From Rhodosorus marinus CCMP1338 (Eukaryota > Plantae > Rhodophyta): a stretch of 64,000 nt of DNA. Position numbers and translations under genes: made by a program. Shown here one piece after another: positions 55,992-64,000 of this stretch. Within the stretch, counting starts at the first letter, position 1, and each line of letters begins with the position of its first letter. The notes beneath the pieces are model-generated. The model did not search any database. It saw nothing but the letters and a program-made list of their open reading frames with translations, and was not told where the DNA came from. The stretch is from the NCBI GenBank assembly GCA_029953675.1, contig JAMWBK010000012.1, positions 806,001-870,000 on the forward strand. The letters run 5' to 3'.

Positions 55992-57314
55992 TTATAGTTC
56001 GTCGTCAGAGAGTCCGAGCCCATCATCGAGTGGTGGGAAGTCTCCCGCAATTACCTTCTCGGGCTTGACGAATTCTCCGCAGTTCCTACCACAGGTGAAA
56101 AACCTTTTGCCTTTGGCCCTGATCGTTTTGAAACAGACGCGGATGTGTTAGAACTCGGATTATTCCCGAAAACTGTCAGAAACCTCCATTGCTAGCCAGA
56201 GCTTGAGCATTGCTGGTGCGCATTTCCGGACCATGTGCACCACTTTGGACATCGGCGTAGAATACACCCTACTCACGCACGTTCAGGGGCTCTTGGTCCG
56301 GAATTCGCTCGGAGCTTGTACCACAAGCGCAGCTGAAAGCAAGATTTTGGATTGGGTTTCAGGGCTTACTCTCCGTCGTTCCTCCCGACTGGCTCATCGT
56401 ACTCTATACCCACCCAGTATCCCGCTGGGAACTCGTCTGCGACCCCAGCGAACCGGATGGTTCCTCTTCGTTGTCCTGGGCTTACCTCACAGCGGTTCCC
56501 GACCTGAGGAAGCAAGTCAACGGTTAAACGAATGGGCTCTGCGCTTGTCGGCCGGCCTTCCGCTGGGGCTGGCTTACCTTCAAGTTTCTACCGAGTTCCT
56601 CCCCATTGCTATTCTCCTTTCCACAGCAACTGCTGCTATCGCTTTGTTTCGCTGCTTGGGTTTTTTTGTACGCTCGAAGGGTGTCTTTCCAGAGAAACGA
56701 AATAGTGGAATGCCTAGTGTCAGTACAGTTCAGTGGCGCAACTTGCGATGGCGGATACTATCGCTTGCATGATTTTCGAGACCCCAGCGACTTGAAAACC
56801 TGTACCTTTCCTAGAGTCGTACGCCTCATCAGTCATTTCGTACTTTTTCACCAGGGAGAGGTCTTCTAGCCATCCATTCCGGCTATTTGAAGTGGGGTCC
56901 AGGTCTATGACGTGGAGCGTATAGCCGTCCATTGGGCGGTAAGTCCTCAGAGGTGCCTGAGGGTTGCTTAGTTCCGCCAACGTAGCCCCTCGTTGGTCAG
57001 TGAGAACGAGCCGCATGTGCGATGCCGAAGTCCCGGTCGAAGAATAGATCTTATCCTTGATCCGATCAACAATCATATCCAAGTCAAAGCGCATATCAAG
57101 GAACTGGGCTTTTAGATTCGAATGCGATATGGTAAGCAGAACGGTACTCGACGACCTCCTTTGCGCGCTACTGGGTCCGAGCACATACGATCGCAGCTCG
57201 GTCTGCAAAGAAAATCAGGCGAATTTTAGTGGACAGAAAAGCTTTGAACCTCTTCACCATGAACATGGTATCGCCTACCATCGTGACTGGCGGCACGTAA
57301 TCTCCGGACGCCAT
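55992..57314 (-). CDS. TBCB: Tubulin folding cofactor B (ubiquitin-like plus CAP-Gly domain), multi-exon
   Basis: Ubl [10 protein letters not shown]...[21 protein letters not shown]; CAP-Gly read on the minus strand: VGNRCEV...[24 protein letters not shown] / [25 protein letters not shown]. Confidence 0.93.
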
Positions 57315-59195
57315 CCTTAAAAACAAACAAAAACCAGGTGATGCTTCGCTCTCTTCTTCCAGTCCTCGTCCTCACAAAACCAGACCTCAAGTCCCCCAAA
57401 AGGCAGTTCTCTCCCCGCTGCCCAACCCCCCAGCATGCCAGCACAATTCTCTCACAAACCCCATCAGGTGCATTCCCCATCCAACTTGGCGTTTTTTTCA
57501 AATATTTAAAAACAACGCGCACTGAATATAGTTATAAATTTTGGCGGCGAAAACTTTCGGGTTGTACAAACGTACCTAAAATTTACCTTTAGACATGATA
57601 AGGATACACATGTATATGATTTTCATATTTTTAGTGCTAGACCAATGCAAAGCTGAATGTTGCTTTCTTTATCAAATTAAAATATAACACGCGTCATCTA
57701 ATGAATGAATTTTTGTAAAGTTTATTCGAAGTCGGATGTAAAGCTTCACGGCAACGGACACCAGGCCACGAAGCGCTCATCGGAGGAGCAACGGCGCTGG
57801 AGTTCGGCTTTGGGTACAGGGTGCCCATGGATATTGAAGCTGCGTCCTGTTTGCACTAGGGGATGTTTGCCAGGAGTGGCTTTGCAAGTTTTTGTTATGA
57901 TTGGTGCCACAAGTACCGGTTGGATGGTGCTCACGGAGAACTGAAATTTTTTTGGGAGGGGATTTTGGCGGCAACTTCCAAGTAGGTGTACTCAGGTCCT
58001 AAACCGGTTCGTGGCTGTTCCTAACTACCTACCCATTTCTTAGCAGTTGTAAAAGCTGTGACCCATACACTGGTCTGGCTCAAAATTCCTTGGTGGCGAT
58101 GTTTTGCCCGATGCACCACGCGCCCTCATTAGCGCGAAACCCTGCCCTCCCATAAGGGGTTGCTTGATTTCTTCCAACAGGATCAATCGAGTCCCAAGAC
58201 CTTGGATGAATCCAAGCCACCCCGGTCTCTACTGAACTTCTTCGCGAGAAAATCATAAAAATACCTCTTCGCAGTTCGGATTCAGCAGTCATACAGCTTG
58301 CTGCCCAAACAGTGCAAACAATAGACCTTTCTTCATCCTCAACCGGCCACCGCAGGTACACCAAGAGAGAAGCCCTTTCCACGCAGCCAGCCACCTGAAA
58401 TGCAACTTGCTTAGATATTTCTTCGCCCCCTCCTAAGCACACGAACAAAAACACTCCTACTTTTCTGATGCAATGAATCGATCAAAACCCAACTTTTCTC
58501 ACTCGCTCAACATGAAATCCTTCCAAAACTTTCCATATTTCAAACTCCAAGTGATCCACCAACGATGCGATGGATTTCAGCCGTTCAAAATTTCCCGATC
58601 AACTATTGGTTAAAACTATACACGTCCATCCATACTATTCGACAATTCGCTCGCTAATTAATCCTTTTATTATAATTTAAGTTCGTCAAACAAGTGAATA
58701 AGAGGTTTTATTGGATAAAATAGTCCTTAATCTACTCTAAAACGCCTCTAGCCTTTCTAGAAGAATCATTCCCAGAAGAGGGGGGAGGTATCATTCGCCA
58801 CGATTCGGGTACCATTGTTTGGCCAAGGAAAAATATTTAAAATAGGGTTTTTGGACAGGGTGAGGCGGGTAAGCGTTTAGAGACGAATACTCAACGGTTT
58901 TTGATGGTATATTGAATAAAATTTGGATGGTTGATATTGGGAACTTTTGCGCTTCCTAATAAAAGAGAGGCGGGAGGGGGTTTGTGGGGATGGGAAGGGG
59001 GAATGAAGATGGGTTAAGAGAAGGCTAAGAAGGGTGGATAAGGACGAGAATTAAGTACCTGCTTACTGATTCGAAGAACAGGGGTGTTTGGGGGCTACCT
59101 GGTGTGGTTTTGTGGTGGGAGAGCGGTTTTTGAGGCGGGGTTGTCTGAAGGTTGCGGGGGTTGGTGGGCGCTGGGGCCGAGCAGAGTGGAGATGA

Positions 59196-60706
59196 GTGGG
59201 ATGTAGGTTATGGTGCTGGCTTTTTGTTCTTTTTAGGGAGGGTGGGAGTAGTTCTCTGGTTGGTTTACGGGGTGGAGGAGGGCGGTCTGAGGAGATGCTT
59301 GGAGATCAAACCGTGTTGGGCTTTTTGAGCTCGGTGTTCACTACCTCACCGGCATTCCGAGAGGCACGTTGCAGGGTATGGAGAGGTACGAACTTTAGGT
59401 CTACAGCACTCGACAGCGGGTTTGTTTTGAACTCTTTCAACTTCACGAAAGCAAGCGGCTAATTCGTTTGTTCGGTTTGCTTCCGACGAAACAGGATGTA
59501 CCTATAGCAGGAGGGACAGATTGAGACCTTTGGTGAAAACGCTTGATTCCGGAGGTGGGAACAGGAACAATGATACCTACATGGATGTGGACCTGTTCCT
59601 CTCGAGGGAGGAGGTAACGGGGATCGAAAAGGAGAAGAAGGTCGCTGAGGAGGATAAGCAGGGGATTGAAAGTTTTAAGGAGCCACCAGCTCCTTCGAAA
59701 CCCGAGAGAATACAGGTCATCACCGACATTGACGATACAGTGAGCAACATAGCCGTACCACTATTGGACTTTAGTTTCGGTAGCGTTATGCTCTCTGTTC
59801 GTGCAAGGTGAGATCTGACATTCATCGTTTTGCTCGTATCAGGTGAAATCAAGCGGCGGACTTCGAGTAGCTGGGCAGTACCTCGGCGGGATAGATTCAC
59901 AATACAAGCGCGGAGATTGCTATCCGGGTGTGTTCCAGTTTGCGCTGGAGATGGCGACGAGCGGACTACCTGAAGACGTGGAACCCTTGCCTATGGCAGT
60001 CCTGACGGCGAGAGCTCGAGAACTCAAGTTTGCGCTTGCGTTGGAGGAGCACCATCCCATCTGCAGAAAGTATCGATACTGCGGGATGGAAAGGGGCTTT
60101 GATGATTGGGGAATTGGACCAGTGCTGTACGGCAGTGTGAAGGAGTGGGTCTTCCAGTCTAAGAAAGGCGTTCGAAAATTCCGCAACTTTCAGCTCTTGC
60201 ACAACTATAATGCGAGCAATTGCGGTGTTGGTATGGGTTGCCAGACGAAGTACATATACGTCGGAGACACTGGGGAATTGGACTTGCACGCAGGCAAATT
60301 GATGCTGCAGAAATACCCATCGGAGATGAAAGCAGTATTTTTGCACGTAGTCTACAACGAGCGGGACGACCCAGCTCTCAAAAACTACGAGGACACCCAC
60401 GTGAAGAACGTGCCTGTCCTGTTCTTCAGAACCTACGTCGGCGCTGCTCGAAAGGCGGTGGAACACGGCATTATTTCTGAAGCGGCAATGAGAAGGTGCG
60501 ACCTACTGTACCGGCGGGATGAGATTCTCGTTCCGTTCGATGCTGATTTTTTTATGTGTCTCCTTTTGTTTCGCAGAGTTGCTGCTAAAGCGCTTAAGGA
60601 TCTTCTGCGGATTGAGCCGGACCACAGCTCATCGAAATGGGTAGATCTCAGGAAGGACATCAAGGACTCCGATCTGGTACCTCGAAGACACTGGCTCTGG
60701 AAATAA
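59196..60706 (+). CDS. HAD-like APP1/DUF2183-type phosphatidate phosphatase-like protein, multi-exon
   Basis: VITDIDDT/VKSSGG (DxDDT), YPGV, VLTAR and YVGDTGELD. Start codon uncertain. Confidence 0.72.
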
Positions 60707-61281
60707 GCTTGGACCCGAATTTCTGGTTGCTCGCCTGTACACATATTGCCATGACTACACCTGGTGTTTTTTTTGTCTAGACCTTATTCGAGGAGTAGTC
60801 GTCGGATCAGCGCCAATTATATTTATGGAGAAAGAGGAGGTCGGCGATACGGATCTCTATGGGGGCTCTGCGCAGCAGGGAAGGTTTCCGCTGGGGAAGA
60901 AAACCCAAGGCTTTCGATCCCGAAAAGGTGGAACCTCCCTGGCTCACGTTGCTTCTTTTTGGTGCTTTCTTCTTCCCCCAGAACACCCGAGCCAACTGAA
61001 CAAGACTGGGCGGAAGAGGACAAATAAACAGTTGAGAATGAATAGTTTTTTTTACAACCGAAGTTTTGGACCTCTTTCGCGACCATGCCACACCCGTGTT
61101 TGAAGAATCGCTCAGGATCGCTAAAAGCCGGGTACAGGTGACACATCGATCGGATATATACATCTAAGCTCACGTTGGGCCCCTCCGGTGCCTATTGACT
61201 GTTCAGCTCTCAGCTCGGACTGCTACAAATCCGTTTTCCTGTTCCTGAATCGGGAACCGCTTACAACAGACCCTGCTGTAT

Positions 61282-61731
61282 TCACTTTCTGTGCCTGCGG
61301 ATCTGATCGTAGACCCCACGATTGTACCCGAGCCAGTAGGACGAGTTAACGAGGGCGTCAAGAGCGGTTGCTTCTTCATCCCCTTGAGCGAGCTGTGAGC
61401 GCACCTCGGGGGGAACCGCTGCGTTCGCATGAAAGCTAGAAAAATCGCCTTCCGGCATCTCTGGTGCCGGAGGTGCAGGGGGCACGGACTCATCATTCTC
61501 TTCCCTTTTCACCTCGCCGTCCTCCTCTCCTTCAACCTCTCTCTCTTCCGCTGCCCCGAGTTCCATCTCGCGTCTTCTCTTCTTCTGCCGTCTCCCGCCC
61601 TCCAACGATGTCCGTTTCCCCAACGATCGGTTGCCAGATCCCTTCTTGAAGCTCGAAATTGATCGCTCATAGGCATCAATCAGAGCCCGATCGTCCCACG
61701 CGTGCTCTTCTTCCTCCTCACCTGGTTCCAT
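61282..61731 (-). CDS. SMN: Survival motor neuron protein homologue lacking a Tudor domain
   Basis: Gemin2-binding WDDRALIDAYERSISSFK and C-terminal YG-box-like LDALVNSSYWLGYNRGVY; single exon, 149 aa. Confidence 0.8.
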   Translation of the reverse strand: MEPGEEEEEHAWDDRALIDAYERSISSFKKGSGNRSLGKRTSLEGGRRQKKRRREMELGAAEEREVEGEEDGEVKREENDESVPPAPPAPEMPEGDFSSFHANAAVPPEVRSQLAQGDEEATALDALVNSSYWLGYNRGVYDQIRRHRK

Positions 61732-62869
61732 GTCGACGGCTGTCGACTCAGCGTCCGCAAAAGAAGTAGGTGCTGACCGAACAAAGCTCAGGCATGCCGT
61801 CGTCCCGCTCTTCGTGACCAAACTTCACTCACATCAAGCCAAGCGTCCGCCGCGGATGGCCTAAGCTTTTACAGCACAAAGGTTCAGGTCGTTCGATCAT
61901 GCGCAAAGCCCAGCACACCGTGCTGTCGCCACTGCTGGACTACTAAATACGCGAAGGGAAAGTGCTCAGGTTTTGTATGCAAGCTTCAAACTCCGCACAG
62001 TATGATCTACTTCAATCGCTTAGGTTACTGCTCGTTGCGGGCGTTCCTCCGGACCGGCAGAACAGTACTGGAGCTCAACCCGATTGAGGATGAATACCTG
62101 CTCGCCGAGAATACGCTTTGCTGGAAGGAGCTTCGGGAGCCCAAGCTCAGGGTCTGGCTAGGGAATTTGTCGGCCTCGCGACGAATAAGCTAATTCGCGA
62201 TTCAAACGCGTTGTTCCCGCACGTACTGTGTACGAGTGATACCCCGGAAAGCGCTTCGTTTCCATAGGGGTTTTGCTCGCCATAGTCATATCAACCTGCC
62301 TGGAGACCAGCAGCTTTCCAAGGCGACGGACTTGCCGCAGCTCCCGACTTTGGCAAGCTCATTCCCGGACGGTCGCTGAAGAAGCCTGGTGGCTTCAGTC
62401 TTCAGCTGCAGGTGCCGTTGAGAGAAGATTGTCAGCTTCTGAGCAAACAGTAAGAATCTCTGAAGCTTCCTGTGACCTGAAGAACGAAGCGGCTGCCTTG
62501 CTGACATGACTAAATGTCCCAAAATGTTGCATTGGGCTCTGCCAAACTTGTTTTGTTCATATGTACACCCTAATCCTATCCAAAACAAAACCGAAGACCT
62601 CCACGAATCCAGAACGAGAGACTGAGAGCTGTTTTCTTTCTCTCCATGGCTGCGAAAAGTACAATCTCCTATCTACGAGCTCGCTCTGCCATCCTCGGGC
62701 GGGCTGTCTGCTTCTCTGCGTCTAGTGGACAAGCGCGACATACCATGAAACCCGCTTCATCTCTGTCTTTCGGACAAGTTCAATTCGCGCTTCCCACAGT
62801 CTCGAGCTTCCGATTGCGAGCCGGGGCTTCTTCTCTCAGTCGATAGGTCGGGTCAACTGGGCTGGTGTC

Positions 62870-64000
62870 TCAAGCTCTATAGTAGATCTGAAGTGAATTG
62901 AGGTACGACGCTCTGAACCCTCCGAAGAGGATAAGAGGTAGGTGTGGGTGGAACAGGCAGCTGGGCTCCGTCCCCGGGAACAAGTTCAGCATCCGGTGCG
63001 CTCGAAGACGGAAAAGCAGTCTGCTGCTATCCGCAGAGGAGAAATCATGAAATCTGTTCATGGTCCTCATTCGTGGTGGCGTTGTCTGAATCTCCGATCC
63101 GTCCAGCGTGGGCAACACCGTAATGTCATAGTTAAAGACGCTCCTGGCAAGGAAACACACGAGCTTCAGTCATCATCGCCCAAGTGGGGTTGACGGCTTA
63201 TCCAGGGTCTCTCTTACCGGTCTAAATAGGGACTCCAGTTCCTCTTCTGCGCCTTGGCCGGGAGACTGCGAAGCAGGCTGTCCTCTCTGTACACGGCCGT
63301 TTTGAAACTTACAATCCATGGTACAGCGTCCGCACAGCCAGAGCTCGCGCGTTCAAAGATTTCGGGATCTCTCTGCGAATGTGAGGAACAGAAATGGAGC
63401 TCACCAGGTTAACGACAATCACCGTGAGAGTCCGAAGCTTGTGAACACGTACTTTGTAGATGCGAAGTAGTTCGGGTGATGCGAATTTGAAGACCGCGAG
63501 GGGTGCGCTCTTGGATATAGAATACACGAGGAAGAAACCCTGCGGGTTCAACATTATGGGTCCGAAGAGAAGCAAAACGGTGAAGTCATCCAGTAATTGG
63601 ATCTATTGGAAATTGGAGCAAGCCCGTTGAGAGAGCACGTGGGGAAGATGGAAAGCAGCTTCGGCTCCGTCGGGACGGCACGTACGCTCATGATTCGCCA
63701 GTGACTTCGAGTTTCAATCGTCTGCAGAATCTTGCTCACGCTCTCTCCTTCACGCATCTGCCCTCGAAAAGTCGCCACCAGCGCCTGCTGCATAAGGACG
63801 GATAGAGAACTCGGCGGCCTAGCCTCCTCCGGTGGCCGCTCCGCTGTTTCTTCTCCTCCTTCGCCGCCGCCGGATGTCGTTTGCTGGCTGCCACTCTGCC
63901 GGACTGGATCTACCGGGGATTCTCGTCGCCGATCCCGGTGCAACGCTGAGTCAAGGCTGAAGTTCGATGCCTCCTGCTCTTGCGCTCGAAACTTCTCCTC
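62870..64000 (-). CDS. DET1: De-etiolated 1 (DET1), 3' part; the gene runs off the window end
   Basis: WRIMS/IQLLDDFTVLL...FFLVYSI...AVFKFASPELLRIY, SPYLDR/SVFNYD and LFHPHLPLI match DET1 C-terminal motifs. Confidence 0.85.

Noticed and set aside
56203-56869. Plus-strand ORFs that look like a membrane protein
   Set aside because: They are antisense shadows of the TBCB CAP-Gly exons, which read cleanly on the minus strand.
60807-61173. Short ORFs between the APP1-like gene and SMN as a possible Gemin or SMN extension
   Set aside because: SMN has its own stop at 61282 and no family motif was recognisable.

Overview
Gene-dense eukaryotic nuclear DNA with many short (about 45-90 nt) GT-AG introns and CTRAY-type branch sites. 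It is most consistent with a red alga (inference from plastid transit-peptide-like N-termini, DET1, a divergent intronless actin and an intronless C2H2 gene); the species cannot be determined. Recognisable genes: ALG10, an SDR, a RecQ/BLM-type helicase, actin, UBA3, DGAT2, tRNA-Gln(UUG), a BTB/POZ protein, an alpha/beta hydrolase, a STAR/KH protein, IMPACT, a CPP1-like protein, a SPOC-domain protein, a class I/II aminotransferase, MAD1, a C2H2 factor, TBCB, an APP1-like phosphatase, SMN and the 3' part of DET1. The standout is an intact, intronless 398-codon ORF (2101-3297, minus) with the full architecture of an intein (Hint-N, two LAGLIDADG lobes, Hint-C). It has no host protein and its splicing and nuclease catalytic residues appear replaced, so it is a candidate domesticated intein. 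Other oddities: an 11-mer helical repeat fused to DGAT2, a Tudor-less SMN, a 63-bp piece of MAD1 that supplies the stop codon of the convergent aminotransferase, and a triplicated, partly inverted repeat at 41.1-42.4 kb. Exon boundaries were read by eye and all family assignments come from remembered motifs, not database searches.
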